The notes under the pieces: generated by a model | What the model was told of the DNA's origin: nothing | Database searches by the model: none | What the model saw: the letters and a program-made list of their open reading frames with translations, nothing else | Origin: an uncultured Pseudomonadota bacterium | GTDB lineage: Bacteria; Pseudomonadota; Alphaproteobacteria; Rs-D84 | Length of the DNA: 64,000 nucleotides | Assembly (NCBI GenBank): GCA_902798205.1 | Contig: CADBVV010000001.1 | Coordinates: 3,020 to 67,019 of the forward strand | Direction of reading: 5' to 3' | Program-made: the position numbers and the translations under genes | In this document: in pieces, positions 39,302 to 51,469 of the stretch | Position numbering within the stretch: position 1 is the first letter of the stretch | Layout: every line of letters starts with the position of its first letter

Positions 39302-41392
39302 TTATTTCCCTTTTGTTTCAAACAAGGAATTTGATAACTTTTCAACGGGTTGACGTAACCAATCTGGATCACTACGTTTCAAAGGAGCACCACTTTTCTT
39401 TGCTGTTTCATAAGGATGTTCATCTGCCAACCATCCTTCTAATAAATCGCCTGCCAACATACCAGCAATTAAACCACCAGCTATACTTAACCCCCCTGTC
39501 AAAGGTGACAATAATAAACCTATACCAACAGCAGAACCAACCTTGCCTGCAACTGCAGCCCCACTTATATTAAAATCAGGTTCAGACAAATTCCCTGCTA
39601 TCTGTAATGTATTAACAAGATTACCTGAAATTGATAATTTTAACCCTTTAACTGGGACAGTTGCCAATGACAAATGCATTGTTTCTTTACCCAAATCCAA
39701 ACTACCAGCCAGACGCATATTTATAACATGTGATTCAACCGAAACCCCGTTTTCTGTTTCAATCAAGCCATTTCTTAATATAACATTAACAATCGCATTA
39801 TCTATTTGAATCATATCGCGCTTGTTACCCGTGAACATATCTTCAACGCCATTACGAAGCGTGGTCAAAAAATCACCGCCATACATATATTCAACCAAAT
39901 CAGCATGTGCAAAACCGCGATCTGTTGAATACACTAATACCGGTCCTGTTATTGTTTGCATTATTTCTGACATATCCTTTCCATATGCTTTGACATATAA
40001 ATTTATATCCATTGGCAATCCAGATAAAATGTCCTTTACGTCAACCTGATCAATAATTCCACCAACATAAACATTATGGCCAACAGCCGCCAATGTTGCA
40101 TCATACATTCCGTTTTTATAAATGTCAGAATTTAACAACGCATGAACCTTTCCATCAGCAATACCAACAAGCGCATCTGCACGTACTGTATGATTTTTAA
40201 TTATCAATTTAACATCCATATCTGACAAATCTAAATGTCTGTATACGATAAAATGCTTCATCTTTACATTTATTTCTGCATCAAGATTATATAAATATTC
40301 ACCAAACAATGGCATGTCTTTAAAAGCATTCAATTCTCTGTCAGGATGCACCCATTCTTCACCGACGCCAAACCATTCTGGGAAAGATTTATACAAATTT
40401 ATCATATCTGAAGAAACATTTAATCGCACAACCGGAATTGATTTTGACCAATCATACATTCCAGAAAAATTAATCGAAGAGCCTCTTGATTCTATTGAAG
40501 ATTTTCTGAATGATATTTTTTTTCTGTCTATATTAAATGCGACATTCATCTTCATTTTCGGTACATCCATTGTATCAATGTTAAACCAACGCCCCAGTTC
40601 TTTGATATTTGGGGTTTCCCCAGTTATAACAAAATCTATTGGCATTTTACTTGTACCTTCTAATGCAATATTTGCTATCAATGGTTCGCCACCTGTTGCA
40701 AAAGCAATTTTTACAGGGTAAATTTTTCTTTCGTTGTTATATTCAGAAAACTGTATTACAAAAGGAAAGTTTGTATCATAAGGTTTTACCCAACCACTAA
40801 ATTCACGATTTGAATGGCGCATATAATTACTTATACCCAAACTAGATAATTCATATTTATCACCATATAAATTAACAGATAATTTTTCAATATCCATTCC
40901 ACCGAACGGCAATTGTTCAACAGGATATCTTTTAATTACATTTTTTTCTGTATCCGGTGATTTTTCTGGCGTTTGTGTTTTGTTAAACACAACAGAAATT
41001 TCATTTTTATCATTTTTTTCAACGTTTATTTTTGCATCATAAACGCTTATATGACGAATAACAGGATGCGGTTTAAACATTGACAATAAATCTAATCTTA
41101 CATCTATTTTTTTTGCACTGAAAAGATTTTTATTTTTTGCCCAATCAGCGTTTGGAATACGAACATTATTTAATTCTATTTCTGGACGCAAAGAAAAACG
41201 CCATGAAATTTTTCCATCTATCTCAATAGGCATATTGCTAGCATCACGCAATGCAGATACAATATTTCCACGTAAAGATTCCAAATCTAAATGGTGCAAA
41301 GCAATGCCAATTGCTACAAACAATCCCATTAAAAACAGTGCTATTATTCGCAATGTCAAAAGATGTTTTCTATAAAATGTGTACAAAAACAT
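39302..41392 (-). CDS. AsmA family protein
   Basis: N-terminal TM, I.IDG.I.W..SL.P.I...V.I.N..WA pattern, beta-rich body. Confidence 0.8.
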   Translation of the reverse strand: MFLYTFYRKHLLTLRIIALFLMGLFVAIGIALHHLDLESLRGNIVSALRDASNMPIEIDGKISWRFSLRPEIELNNVRIPNADWAKNKNLFSAKKIDVRLDLLSMFKPHPVIRHISVYDAKINVEKNDKNEISVVFNKTQTPEKSPDTEKNVIKRYPVEQLPFGGMDIEKLSVNLYGDKYELSSLGISNYMRHSNREFSGWVKPYDTNFPFVIQFSEYNNERKIYPVKIAFATGGEPLIANIALEGTSKMPIDFVITGETPNIKELGRWFNIDTMDVPKMKMNVAFNIDRKKISFRKSSIESRGSSINFSGMYDWSKSIPVVRLNVSSDMINLYKSFPEWFGVGEEWVHPDRELNAFKDMPLFGEYLYNLDAEINVKMKHFIVYRHLDLSDMDVKLIIKNHTVRADALVGIADGKVHALLNSDIYKNGMYDATLAAVGHNVYVGGIIDQVDVKDILSGLPMDINLYVKAYGKDMSEIMQTITGPVLVYSTDRGFAHADLVEYMYGGDFLTTLRNGVEDMFTGNKRDMIQIDNAIVNVILRNGLIETENGVSVESHVINMRLAGSLDLGKETMHLSLATVPVKGLKLSISGNLVNTLQIAGNLSEPDFNISGAAVAGKVGSAVGIGLLLSPLTGGLSIAGGLIAGMLAGDLLEGWLADEHPYETAKKSGAPLKRSDPDWLRQPVEKLSNSLFETKGK

Positions 41393-41402
41393 TTCCGTTT
41401 CC

Positions 41403-42365
41403 CTATGGTAATTTAAATTCTAAAAATTTTATAACTGATTGCATAAAGTCAGGGACTTCTGCGTTCAGTGTTATCATTTTTCCTGTTCCAGGGTGTCTGA
41501 AAGTAATCCTGTATGCAAACAAGAACAATTTTTGTGTTGTTAAAAACGATCCAAGAATGTCGTCTAACTTATTACTTCTGTCGCCATACAAATCATCACC
41601 TATGATCGGTGCATGCAAAGAAAAGGCACTGTGTAATCTTAATTGATGTGTACGACCTGTTTTTGGTGAAAACAATACCCATGTTAACATCCCTGCCGCT
41701 TCGCCCAAAACCTTGTATTCTGTTATTGCGCGTTGTGCGGATACAGATTGTGGAATTTTTTTTGCATCCTCAAAAACCTGCCCCTTGGCAACATAGTTTT
41801 CAATTATACCAGATTTTTGTGATAAACTGCCCTGTAATAATGCCAAATATTCTTTGTGTGCTGTTTTATTCTGAAATTGGCTTGCCAAATCTTGTGCAGC
41901 CTTTTGATTTTTTGCCACAACCAATAAACCACTTGTTTCACGATCTATTCTGTGCACTAAAGATATTTTATCATACGGAAAAAGAGCCGCAGCCATTTTA
42001 TCTATGGATTTTTTGATACCCGTTCCACCCTGCACCGCCAATCCTGCCGGTTTATTAAAAACAACAATATCTGCATCATTATGAATAATGCACTTTCTTA
42101 AACTTTCTAGATCTGCCAAAGAATAATTTGCACCATTTTCTGTTTTTTTAACAATCTTGTATGATTGCAATGTTGGTGGCAATCTTACAATATCACCAGC
42201 ATTTAAAATTTCCATCCCTTTACAACGCGAAGAATTAACCCTGATTTGTCCCCCACGACAAAGTTTATAAAAATCACGTTGCAACATTCCTGGATAATTA
42301 CGAACAAACCAGCGTAATAAACGGGTTCCAGATTCAGCCTCAGAAATAGTTATAAATTCAGCCAT
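41403..42365 (-). CDS. RluA-family pseudouridine synthase (RluC-like)
   Basis: S4 domain, NKPAGLAVQGG, HRIDRETSG, TGRTHQLR. Confidence 0.92.
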   Translation of the reverse strand: MAEFITISEAESGTRLLRWFVRNYPGMLQRDFYKLCRGGQIRVNSSRCKGMEILNAGDIVRLPPTLQSYKIVKKTENGANYSLADLESLRKCIIHNDADIVVFNKPAGLAVQGGTGIKKSIDKMAAALFPYDKISLVHRIDRETSGLLVVAKNQKAAQDLASQFQNKTAHKEYLALLQGSLSQKSGIIENYVAKGQVFEDAKKIPQSVSAQRAITEYKVLGEAAGMLTWVLFSPKTGRTHQLRLHSAFSLHAPIIGDDLYGDRSNKLDDILGSFLTTQKLFLFAYRITFRHPGTGKMITLNAEVPDFMQSVIKFLEFKLP

Positions 42366-42370
42366 ATACT

Positions 42371-42832
42371 TTATTCGCCATATGTAATGGATACGACATT
42401 ATTGCCACCATCCATACAATTACCTGTAGCACCACTTTCTTTGTGATTCGAAGAAACATATCCAACAGAATCTGTCCATGCTTTTGTTACCAACGCTTCA
42501 CAATCGGCCTTGTTTAATCCATTTATACGAACAATAAATTGGCGATAATTAGATGGATTAACTGCCAATTCATATGTGCCGCCATATGGGTTTTTGTTAC
42601 TTACCGACATTGCGGCAAAAATTGTTGAATTATCGATATTTGAAAAATCATCATAATCTCCCAAAAGGCCACGCACCCCAGAAACCATTGTTACCACATC
42701 ATCCATAACGCGTGCTTGTTTTTGCCTGTTTATTCCCAAAGAAATAAGGGCAAACGCTGTTGCGGTTAACATACCCATAATTGCCAATACGCCAACCATT
42801 TCTATCATTGAACGACCAGATTCTTGTCTCAT
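42371..42832 (-). CDS. Type IV pilin/pseudopilin-like protein
   Basis: MRQESG|RSMIEMVGVLAIMG class III signal with E at +5; NPYGG; C-terminal Cys pair. Confidence 0.8.
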   Translation of the reverse strand: MRQESGRSMIEMVGVLAIMGMLTATAFALISLGINRQKQARVMDDVVTMVSGVRGLLGDYDDFSNIDNSTIFAAMSVSNKNPYGGTYELAVNPSNYRQFIVRINGLNKADCEALVTKAWTDSVGYVSSNHKESGATGNCMDGGNNVVSITYGE

Positions 42833-42880
42833 ATTACACCTCTATTTGATTTTTCTTTATTTTATAATATCATATTTATT

Positions 42881-44308
42881 ATGAATATTCAATTTAAAGA
42901 CTTAATAGAAAATGCCCCCCTGTCACCAGGAATATATAAAATGTATGACGGCGATGGGAATCTTCTGTATGTCGGCAAAGCCAAGAATTTACTTAACAGA
43001 TTACGCCAATATATTGATATATCCAAACTGGAAAACCATAAACAAGTCATGCGTTCACTTGTTAAACGTGTAGAATGGGAAATTACCAGAACAGAAAATG
43101 ACGCATTAATATTGGAACAAAAACTTATAAAAACATTAAAACCAAAATACAATGTGATGCTGACTGATGGGAAAATGTACCCCATGTTGGCATTAACAAA
43201 ACACGAATTTCCGCGTTTATTAAAATTTCGTGGAAAGATATCACAAAAGAAAGATGTTTTTGGTCCTTATCCATCTGTTTATGCTTTAAACGATACAATA
43301 AAAACTATCCAACGTGTATGCAAATTAAGAACATGTAATGATACTTTTATGCAAAACAGATCTCGCCCTTGTCTGTTATATCAAATCGGACGATGCAGTG
43401 CGCCATGTTGTTTACCACAAAATGATTATGATAAAAATGTTCAATTGGCACGACGAATTTTAACTGGCGACAGCGAACCAATAATTTCAGATTTAACAAA
43501 ACAAATGAAAACATTTTCAGATAAAATGGATTTTGAAAATGCCGCAATTATACGTGATAAAATATCCGCATTAACAAAAACAACAAATCGCGGTATACGA
43601 CAAAATCCGTCGTATACACCAGATTTACAATGGGATAAAAACGTCACAGAATTTGAAAATTTATTGGGATTAAAATTAGATTGTGTTGGTGTGTTTGATA
43701 ATTCACATTTATTTGGAAAACAACCTGTGGGCGCAATGATTGCGTTTGGACATGATGGATTTATAAAATCATCATATCGACATTTTAAATTACATGATAT
43801 AAAACGTGCTGGAAATGATATAGCAATGATGGAAGAATTTGTAACACGTGCCATCAAAGACGGTCCAAAAATGGATTTAATCATTGTTGATGGTGGAATT
43901 GCCCAATGGAATATCGCACAAAAAGTTTCAAATAATACAGTCCCTGTGTTTGGGGTCACAAAAGGAGAAGTCAGAAACGGTGACGAACATTTTATAATGC
44001 CAGATGGTTCTGAAAAACGTGATATACCGAAAGATTCACCATTATTTTTAATGTTACGTGCCGTTCGTGATGAAGCGCACCGATTCGTTATAACATATCA
44101 CAGATCCGTTCGCGCTAAACAATTAACAGCTTCTGTTCTTGATTCAATCGAAGGCATTGGACCAAAACGAAAGAAACAATTATTGCAACATTTCGGTTCT
44201 GTCCATGCAATTATGGACGCAGATTTACCAGCATTAAAACGTGTTCCAGATTTGGGTAAAAGTGTGGCAGAAAAAATATATGCCTATTTCCATTCCGAAG
44301 TGTTATAA
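42881..44308 (+). CDS. uvrC: Excinuclease ABC subunit C (compact)
   Basis: PGIYKM..LYVGKAKNL, FDNSH, VDGG..Q, RDEAHRF, HhH GIGPK. Confidence 0.93.
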   Translation: MNIQFKDLIENAPLSPGIYKMYDGDGNLLYVGKAKNLLNRLRQYIDISKLENHKQVMRSLVKRVEWEITRTENDALILEQKLIKTLKPKYNVMLTDGKMYPMLALTKHEFPRLLKFRGKISQKKDVFGPYPSVYALNDTIKTIQRVCKLRTCNDTFMQNRSRPCLLYQIGRCSAPCCLPQNDYDKNVQLARRILTGDSEPIISDLTKQMKTFSDKMDFENAAIIRDKISALTKTTNRGIRQNPSYTPDLQWDKNVTEFENLLGLKLDCVGVFDNSHLFGKQPVGAMIAFGHDGFIKSSYRHFKLHDIKRAGNDIAMMEEFVTRAIKDGPKMDLIIVDGGIAQWNIAQKVSNNTVPVFGVTKGEVRNGDEHFIMPDGSEKRDIPKDSPLFLMLRAVRDEAHRFVITYHRSVRAKQLTASVLDSIEGIGPKRKKQLLQHFGSVHAIMDADLPALKRVPDLGKSVAEKIYAYFHSEVL

Positions 44309-44333
44309 TAATAAGACAATGAAGGAGAAAAAC

Positions 44334-44933
44334 ATGAAAACATTTGTTAATTTTTTATCATCTTTTCGTATCGCATGCGCTTTTGCGATTATATTTACAA
44401 TTATGTTTAATTTGCCTTGGACGACATTTGCATTATTTGCCCTGGGGTCAATATCAGATTGGTTTGATGGATTTTTAGCACGCAAATATAATTGCTGTTC
44501 TAAATTGGGTGGTGTGTTGGATCATATTGGTGATAAATTGCTTGTATGCAACACATTGATTATGTTAACACTTATGGCACCAGTTTGGTATGTCGTTATA
44601 CCTGTTATATTTATGATTGCACGTGAATTATATATCAGTGGTCTGCGTGAATTCTTGGGAACACAAAAAATTGAAATGCCTGTACCAAAGGCACGTTTTT
44701 CAATGGGTAAAATTAAAACAACAGTTCAAATGATTGCAATAACAGCTTTCTTGTTATGGTTTGCAGTATTTGCATCTATAACACCAAACACAACAACCCC
44801 TGTCGTATTTTATTTGATTTATGCATTGCCAAAACTTGGTGTATTTGGTTTATGGTTTGCACTTGTTTGTTCTTTGTGGTCTGCGACACAATATACATTT
44901 ACATTTGCAGAAAAATTAAAGAAATTAAAATAA
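44334..44933 (+). CDS. pgsA: CDP-diacylglycerol--glycerol-3-phosphate phosphatidyltransferase
   Basis: DWFDG.LAR...LG..LD...DK; follows uvrC. Confidence 0.9.
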   Translation: MKTFVNFLSSFRIACAFAIIFTIMFNLPWTTFALFALGSISDWFDGFLARKYNCCSKLGGVLDHIGDKLLVCNTLIMLTLMAPVWYVVIPVIFMIARELYISGLREFLGTQKIEMPVPKARFSMGKIKTTVQMIAITAFLLWFAVFASITPNTTTPVVFYLIYALPKLGVFGLWFALVCSLWSATQYTFTFAEKLKKLK

Positions 44934-44947
44934 TAAATTTACAAACT

Positions 44948-44978
44948 AAAAATCCGCCTGTACGGCGGATTTTCTTTT
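44948..44978. terminator. Bidirectional terminator
   Basis: AAAATCCGCC-TGTAC-GGCGGATTTT. Confidence 0.8.
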
Positions 44979-44993
44979 GTTTGTAATTTTTAA

Positions 44994-46958
44994 TTATACA
45001 AACAAATCTTTAACAAATTGTGCATGTTCTGTAATGAATTTAAATCTAAATTCTGGTTTTTTACCCATCAAATCATACACCAATGTTTTTGTTTTTTCTG
45101 TATCTTCTTGCCCCTCTTCTGTCTTTGGTGGCAAATCAACACGAATCAATCTGCGTGTCTTTGGAGACATTGTTGTTTCCTTTAACTGATTCGGCATCAT
45201 TTCACCCAACCCTTTGAATCGGGATATTTCAATTTTCTTGTTTTTATATTTATTGTTTTTCAATTCTTCCAATTCTTCATCGGTATCGACATAAATCGAT
45301 TCGGTTCCACATGTTAATTTATAAAGTGGTGGACAAGACAAATACAAATGCCCCCCATAAATCAATTGTGGCATATATTGATAAAAGAACGCCATAAGTA
45401 GCGATGCGATATGGCTGCCATCAACGTCCGCATCGGTCATAACAATAATCTTTTCGTATCTCAGTTTACTGTCATCCCAATCTTTTGCGGTCCCAGCACC
45501 AATAATATCTATCAAATCATTTAATTCGCGATTCGCGCTGAAACGTTCATCAGAATTAGAAAGAACATTTAAAACCTTTCCACGCAAAGGCATAATAGCC
45601 TGGGTTGCACGATCACGTGCCTGCTTTGCAGTTCCACCAGCAGATTCACCTTCTACAATAAATAATTCTGTTCCTTCGACACCATGCTTTGAACAATCTG
45701 CCAATTTAGCCGGCATACGTATTCTTTTTGTTGGTGTTTTGCGTGCAACATCTTTAACCTGTTTGGTTTTAATACGTGCATTTGCCAAATTCACAACAAA
45801 TTCCAATAAAGCATTTGCAGTCTTTGGATCAGATGCCAAAAACATTTCCCATGGATCACGCAATGCGTTTTCGGTATATCTGGCAATTTCAGGGTTAGAC
45901 AATTTTTCTTTAGTCTGTCCCAAAAATTGTGGTGTCTTGTAAAACACAGAAACAATTGCAGCCACAGAATCAAATACATCTTCACTGATAATAGATGCAG
46001 CGGCTTTATTATTTACCTTTTCGCCATAAGCCTTTAATCCCTTGGTTATTGCGGCCTTGAATCCGTTTTCGTGTGTTCCACCATCAATTGTTGCGATTGT
46101 ATTACAATAAGACGCAAAGAATCCATCATCTGACGCAGCACCATTTTCATCTGTTAATACGGTCAAAGCCCATTCAACACGACCACAATCATCAGGAAAA
46201 TCGATAGAACCACTGAATATTCTTGGCAAGATACGCGGTTTAGAATCTGTCTTTTCCGCAACGAAATCGGCAACACCATTTGGATAAAAGAACACTTTTT
46301 CCGCAGGTATATTCATATCTTCTGTCAATAACGCAGGATTACAATGCCATTCAATTTTTACACCACGCGACAAGAACGATTTTGCACGTGCCATACGATA
46401 AATTTTTACAGGTTTAAAAACAGCGTTTTCACCGAATATTTGATCATCCAATGTGAACTTTATTTTTGTTCCGTGTGCTTTTGTTGCGGTACCTTTGGTA
46501 ATTGGGCTGGTCACTTTTCCACGTGAAAAAGTTTGATGCCATTCAAAACCATCCCTGGAAATTGTCACATCCATGTTTGAAGAAAGTGCATTTACAACCG
46601 CACTGCCCACACCATGCAAACCGCCACTGGTTTTATAAACATTGTTATTAAATTTACCACCAGAATGCAATGTTGTAAAAATAACTTCCAGCGCAGATTT
46701 CCCAGGATACTTTGGATGTTCATCAACCGGAATTCCACGTCCATCATCTGTTATTTCAATTGTCTTTGCATCAATTAAATTAACAACTATCTTTTTAGCG
46801 AAACCGGCCACTGCTTCGTCGATTGAATTATCCATAATTTCAACCGGCAAATGATGCCAAGCCTTTTCATCTGTACCGCCAATATACATACCTGGACGCA
46901 GGCGCACAGGTTCCAAACCTTCAAGAACTTCTATATCAGATGCATCATATTTATTCAT
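44994..46958 (-). CDS. parE: DNA topoisomerase IV subunit B
   Basis: LEGLEPVRLRPGMYIGG, EGESAGG, MTDADVDG, RFKGLGEM; no GyrB insertion. Confidence 0.9.
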   Translation of the reverse strand: MNKYDASDIEVLEGLEPVRLRPGMYIGGTDEKAWHHLPVEIMDNSIDEAVAGFAKKIVVNLIDAKTIEITDDGRGIPVDEHPKYPGKSALEVIFTTLHSGGKFNNNVYKTSGGLHGVGSAVVNALSSNMDVTISRDGFEWHQTFSRGKVTSPITKGTATKAHGTKIKFTLDDQIFGENAVFKPVKIYRMARAKSFLSRGVKIEWHCNPALLTEDMNIPAEKVFFYPNGVADFVAEKTDSKPRILPRIFSGSIDFPDDCGRVEWALTVLTDENGAASDDGFFASYCNTIATIDGGTHENGFKAAITKGLKAYGEKVNNKAAASIISEDVFDSVAAIVSVFYKTPQFLGQTKEKLSNPEIARYTENALRDPWEMFLASDPKTANALLEFVVNLANARIKTKQVKDVARKTPTKRIRMPAKLADCSKHGVEGTELFIVEGESAGGTAKQARDRATQAIMPLRGKVLNVLSNSDERFSANRELNDLIDIIGAGTAKDWDDSKLRYEKIIVMTDADVDGSHIASLLMAFFYQYMPQLIYGGHLYLSCPPLYKLTCGTESIYVDTDEELEELKNNKYKNKKIEISRFKGLGEMMPNQLKETTMSPKTRRLIRVDLPPKTEEGQEDTEKTKTLVYDLMGKKPEFRFKFITEHAQFVKDLFV

Positions 46959-47126
46959 AACATTTCCTATCTTTATCAAGGTATTAATATAACATTTTTG
47001 AATTTTTATCAAGGCAAAACCATTATACAGCGCCAAAAAACCGTAAAAAAATACTCAAAAACAACCCTTGATTTTTAATATAATATACCTATATATTTCA
47101 TACAAAGTTAATTAACAGGTAAAAAT

Positions 47127-48248
47127 ATGAACAAAAATCCTTATGAAGTTTTGGGCGTTGCACGCGATGCCAGCGATGCAGATATTAAAAAGGCCTATCA
47201 TAAATTGGTTATGAAATACCACCCAGACAAGAATCCTGGGGACAAATCTGCCGAAGAAAAATTCAAAGAAGTCAACAATGCCTTTGATATATTAAAAGAC
47301 CCACAAAAACGTGCGGCATATGATCGATTCGGTGATGCTGCGTTTGCTGGTGGTAATGGTGCCAGTGCTGGTGCTGGTTTTGGTGGCAATCCATTTGGTA
47401 ATGGTTCTTTCCACTTTAATGGTGGCGACATGGGTGGCATGGAAGACATCTTGCGCGAAGCCATGCGCGGTTTTGGATTTGGTGGTGGTTTTGGTGGCGA
47501 ACAACAACGTCAACAACGCGGCCGCGATTTACTGGATGAAGTAGTCATAGATTTAAAAGATGCTTATTTTGGCACAACACATACTGTTAAATTTACCAGT
47601 GCTGTTAAATGTGAAAAATGCGATGGACACGGAACGGCAGATGGCAAACCTGCCAAACCTTGTTCAACATGTGGCGGGACAGGATATGTTCATACCCGTC
47701 AGGGATTTTTCGCTGTTGAAACCCCTTGTCCAGATTGTCAGGGCTTGGGTAAAAAGATTGATAAAAAATGTTCACAATGTGATGGTACCGGTACAGTCAA
47801 CAAACAACGAACATTGGATGTAAAAATACCGGCTGGTATTATGGATGGTGCCAGATTGCGTATGGCCGGCATGGGCGAAGCCGCCCCAAATGGTGGCACA
47901 CCTGGCGATTTTTATATTGATGTTCATGTTCGTCCAAATAAAACTTTTGAACGTATTGGTAATGATTTGTTAATGCATATGGATTTAGATTTCGCGACAC
48001 TTGCAATGGGCGGTGAAATAGAAATCGAAACAATCGATGATAAAAAATTATCAGTAAAAATCCCATCCGGAACTCAGGTTGGCGAAAAATTACGTGTTCG
48101 TGGACACGGTATGCCAAATGGTCGCAGTGGTTTTGGTGATTTATATATTGAAATTGGTATTACAATTCCAAAGAAATTAACCGAAAAACAAAAGAAAGCG
48201 TTATCCGAATTCGCCGGAATAAAAAACGATAAAAAAGGTTGGTTTTAA
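47127..48248 (+). CDS. dnaJ: Chaperone DnaJ
   Basis: HPD, G/F-rich region, four CxxCxGxG repeats. Confidence 0.97.
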   Translation: MNKNPYEVLGVARDASDADIKKAYHKLVMKYHPDKNPGDKSAEEKFKEVNNAFDILKDPQKRAAYDRFGDAAFAGGNGASAGAGFGGNPFGNGSFHFNGGDMGGMEDILREAMRGFGFGGGFGGEQQRQQRGRDLLDEVVIDLKDAYFGTTHTVKFTSAVKCEKCDGHGTADGKPAKPCSTCGGTGYVHTRQGFFAVETPCPDCQGLGKKIDKKCSQCDGTGTVNKQRTLDVKIPAGIMDGARLRMAGMGEAAPNGGTPGDFYIDVHVRPNKTFERIGNDLLMHMDLDFATLAMGGEIEIETIDDKKLSVKIPSGTQVGEKLRVRGHGMPNGRSGFGDLYIEIGITIPKKLTEKQKKALSEFAGIKNDKKGWF

Positions 48249-48273
48249 AAAACGCCCGTTTGGGCGTTTTTTT
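48247..48273. terminator. Bidirectional terminator
   Basis: AAAAAACGCCC-GTTT-GGGCGTTTTTTT. Confidence 0.8.
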
Positions 48274-51200
48274 ATTTCAGTTTGTTTTTAATCAAATCAT
48301 AATTCTGTGAATATAATTTTGCATCTTGTGGGGTCATATTTTCGCTTTGCAAAACCCCATTTGGGAATTCAGCATTTATTATACCAAATGCAGTATTAGC
48401 CGCACTTGGCAAGGCGACACCGCTTGCATTGTTCCCAATATAACGTACGATTACAGACGGATTAACTTGCTGATTTAACAACTTTGTTATATTGTCAATC
48501 GTTTTGATTCCAGAATTTGCATTTGGATATACATTAAACCAATGTCCTTTTTCACCTATTCCTAATATTGGTGTCCATTTATTATTCTTGTTAATAAAGA
48601 ACGGCAATTTATAACCATTGTAATTTACAACAGCCACGGCTTTGGCATCAATATCAACAATCTTTGCATTAGTATTCACAGTTGTTGGCAATGGTATCAA
48701 AGAAACCTGTTTTCCATCAACTGTACCCAAAATTCCATTTGCGTTATTCATTGCTTGTTCTAGTTGTGGATTCAATTGACTTACAGTTACAGCTTCCGCC
48801 GTTTTTGCAGCTTTGTCTTTTGTTGTTGCTGCAACAACCCCACCAACAATGGCCCCTGTTGCAACCAAACCAGCCGCTGTTAATCCAACAATCAAACCAA
48901 CATTCTTTTGTTTATCTGGCGTGAATGTTGTCGGGCTATTATTTCCTGATATTGGCGCAACAACAGGCACAGGAGACGGTGTCACAACTGGTGCCGGTGT
49001 CACAACTGGTGCCGGTGTCGGTGTCGGACTTGGTGTCGGTGTTGGTGTCGGTGTTGGTGTCGGTGTTGGTGTCGGTGCCGGTGTTGGTGTCGGTGCCGGT
49101 GTCGGTACCGGTGTCGGAGTATCTTTCTCTTCTTCTTCGATATCAACTATTTCAATAACAGCTTGTTCTTGTTGTTTTTGTCCCATACAATATGGCACAC
49201 GATAACCATCTGCGGTCTTGGTTTCAAAATATCCCGTCGCCGCAGCCGTTTCAGCCAATGTACCAAGTGCAGGATTTGCCATACCTGCCATATTAAATGT
49301 AACATGAACAATCCTATTTTCAACAGTTATTGGGACCCTGACCAAAGCTGATGCAAAACGTCCATTAGTTAATCGCAATAAACCTTGTGATTTATTGAAC
49401 CATGTTGCCCCCCTATAAAGATTAATATCCAAACCAGCCTTTGCCATAATATCAGCAGCATCGGGCCAACTGTATGCAGTTCCATATTTTAATCCAAATT
49501 TATTCAAGAAAGATCCACCCGTCGTTTTTGCTACTCCCTCTTGTGCTTTACGTAACATAATACCACGGTTACCATTATCGCCGAAAGCATACAGTTTCTC
49601 ACTTACTTTTTCAACAACCGTTTCTGTTGTTTTTTCAAATGCAAGATTTCCTATACGCAACAAAGAGCCAGCAATTTCTGCTATTTCACCGGCCGTACGC
49701 ATATGTTGCCAAAACTGTTTTTTTGTTTTTATCTGGCAAGTCCACGGATCAAATATTTCCGTATCTTGCATAAAAGCAACCCAGAAATCAGAAGTGCTTG
49801 GTATTTGATTAAATAAATGGTTACATAATTCATCAGTTGCCTTTTGTTCAGCTTGTGTAAATTCTCTTTTATAACTTTGAATTTTCTGCAACCATTTGCG
49901 TAATAAATCTCGTGCACATGTTTCATTATGACAAGCTTCCACTTCATCTGCAAAATCAGAATATATTGCTGTTTGCATTATAATATTTGAAGCGACACGA
50001 GTTGTGGCACCAGTAATTACCAGAGTACCAGTAACATAATTTAATGCCAATACCGCCCCACCTTGCATTCCCGGAACAAAGAATAACGCAACTCCAACAG
50101 CGGCTGCACCTGTTTCAGTAGTTATTTTAATAGCTTTATTTATGTTATCTGCATGTCTCGCCGAAGGCAACTCACATGACGTACCATTCCATACAGGCTT
50201 ATCACACTCTGGACAACTTGTTTTTAAAACATTTGCTAATTGCTTGCAATTTTCTTCACCTAAAAGTCTACAATTACGACCATCAAAAGTACCATCACTT
50301 GCGATACAATTCATACCACTTACACCACCGGCATGATAACTGTCCCAGCTTTCATTTATATCATCAAAAACGAAATCTATTTTTTCATTTCCAACCTTGC
50401 AAGTTTTAATATCATCTTTAATATCTGTAATGCCGTTTGCATTACACCCCCGTCCTGTATATGTATTAAAACCAGCCAAACATGTAATCTGAGATTCTGT
50501 TATCTGTTTTCCTTGTTTTGCTGCCGCAGATATAATATAACTTTTTACAGCAGACTCTGCAGATGGCGCATTTTTAACTTGAATGCCTCTACAAAAGACA
50601 AACGGATCTATACCATAAGCCGTATGTAAATCTTCCGCTTTTTTTACAGAATTAAAATTTATCTCGCATTTTCCATCAACATATGAAGCAGTATAACCTA
50701 AATTTTGTAATGTTTTTGTTATCTGTGAACATTTGTTACTGTCTGTTTTACAATATCCATTGTAACAACTCATTGAACCACTGACATTTGTTCCTCCACC
50801 AGTACAGCCGCCTGTTACAGATGGAACATCAAACATTTTACAAACAGCATCCTGAATACTATTTTTAATTGTGTTATCTTTTGATTCTTCCAAATCATCA
50901 AAAACAAATTCATAAAAAGCATTTTTATTTTGAGACGCACATTTTATTACATAATCTGTCGCACCTGCTACAACTGTTATCTTTCTGTATTTATCATGAC
51001 ATTTAACACTGTCATCACCATGCTTTATACGCGCATATTCTTTTGCAAGCCATATACCAGGTGTCATATTTACCTGTATACCACCGTAAACTTTGCTGGT
51101 AAAAAAGTCATTAACACAATATTCTGTTCCACCAGATTTACCTTTATCCTTGCCACAAACTTCATAAAACTGTTTTGATGCAACCTTGACCAAACTAAAA

Positions 51201-51469
51201 ACAAATTCACCACATTTTTTTGTGTCTGATGTTTTTTTAATATCCAAACCACCAGCAGTACAAACTTTCCATAAATTTTCAGCACTTATACTGCCATCTG
51301 CAGCAAGATTTTCTTTGTATGTGGCCAGCGCAGATGCTTTATCTTTGTCTTGTGGAAAATATTTACGAATAACAGAATCAACGGTATCTGTTTCTATCTT
51401 TATATTAGCACTTGCCGGTAAAACAAAACACAATGCAGAAATTAAAGTTATTATAAAACGTTTAATCAT
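48272..51469 (-). CDS. Large exported Cys-rich protein with internal repeat, hydrophobic hairpin, Pro-Thr linker and TM helix
   Basis: Signal peptide; two GIQV...FVFDD(L/I)xES units; (PT)n; [25 protein letters not shown]. Confidence 0.8.
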   Translation of the reverse strand: MIKRFIITLISALCFVLPASANIKIETDTVDSVIRKYFPQDKDKASALATYKENLAADGSISAENLWKVCTAGGLDIKKTSDTKKCGEFVFSLVKVASKQFYEVCGKDKGKSGGTEYCVNDFFTSKVYGGIQVNMTPGIWLAKEYARIKHGDDSVKCHDKYRKITVVAGATDYVIKCASQNKNAFYEFVFDDLEESKDNTIKNSIQDAVCKMFDVPSVTGGCTGGGTNVSGSMSCYNGYCKTDSNKCSQITKTLQNLGYTASYVDGKCEINFNSVKKAEDLHTAYGIDPFVFCRGIQVKNAPSAESAVKSYIISAAAKQGKQITESQITCLAGFNTYTGRGCNANGITDIKDDIKTCKVGNEKIDFVFDDINESWDSYHAGGVSGMNCIASDGTFDGRNCRLLGEENCKQLANVLKTSCPECDKPVWNGTSCELPSARHADNINKAIKITTETGAAAVGVALFFVPGMQGGAVLALNYVTGTLVITGATTRVASNIIMQTAIYSDFADEVEACHNETCARDLLRKWLQKIQSYKREFTQAEQKATDELCNHLFNQIPSTSDFWVAFMQDTEIFDPWTCQIKTKKQFWQHMRTAGEIAEIAGSLLRIGNLAFEKTTETVVEKVSEKLYAFGDNGNRGIMLRKAQEGVAKTTGGSFLNKFGLKYGTAYSWPDAADIMAKAGLDINLYRGATWFNKSQGLLRLTNGRFASALVRVPITVENRIVHVTFNMAGMANPALGTLAETAAATGYFETKTADGYRVPYCMGQKQQEQAVIEIVDIEEEEKDTPTPVPTPAPTPTPAPTPTPTPTPTPTPTPSPTPTPAPVVTPAPVVTPSPVPVVAPISGNNSPTTFTPDKQKNVGLIVGLTAAGLVATGAIVGGVVAATTKDKAAKTAEAVTVSQLNPQLEQAMNNANGILGTVDGKQVSLIPLPTTVNTNAKIVDIDAKAVAVVNYNGYKLPFFINKNNKWTPILGIGEKGHWFNVYPNANSGIKTIDNITKLLNQQVNPSVIVRYIGNNASGVALPSAANTAFGIINAEFPNGVLQSENMTPQDAKLYSQNYDLIKNKLK
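48977..49120 (-). repeat. Coding hexamer tandem repeat (Pro-Thr linker)
   Basis: GGTGTC/GGTGTT/GGTGCC units on the plus strand. Confidence 0.9.

Noticed and set aside
48977-49120. Phase-variable simple repeat or CRISPR
   Set aside because: Degenerate in-frame hexamers encoding a Pro-Thr linker; length changes would not shift the frame.
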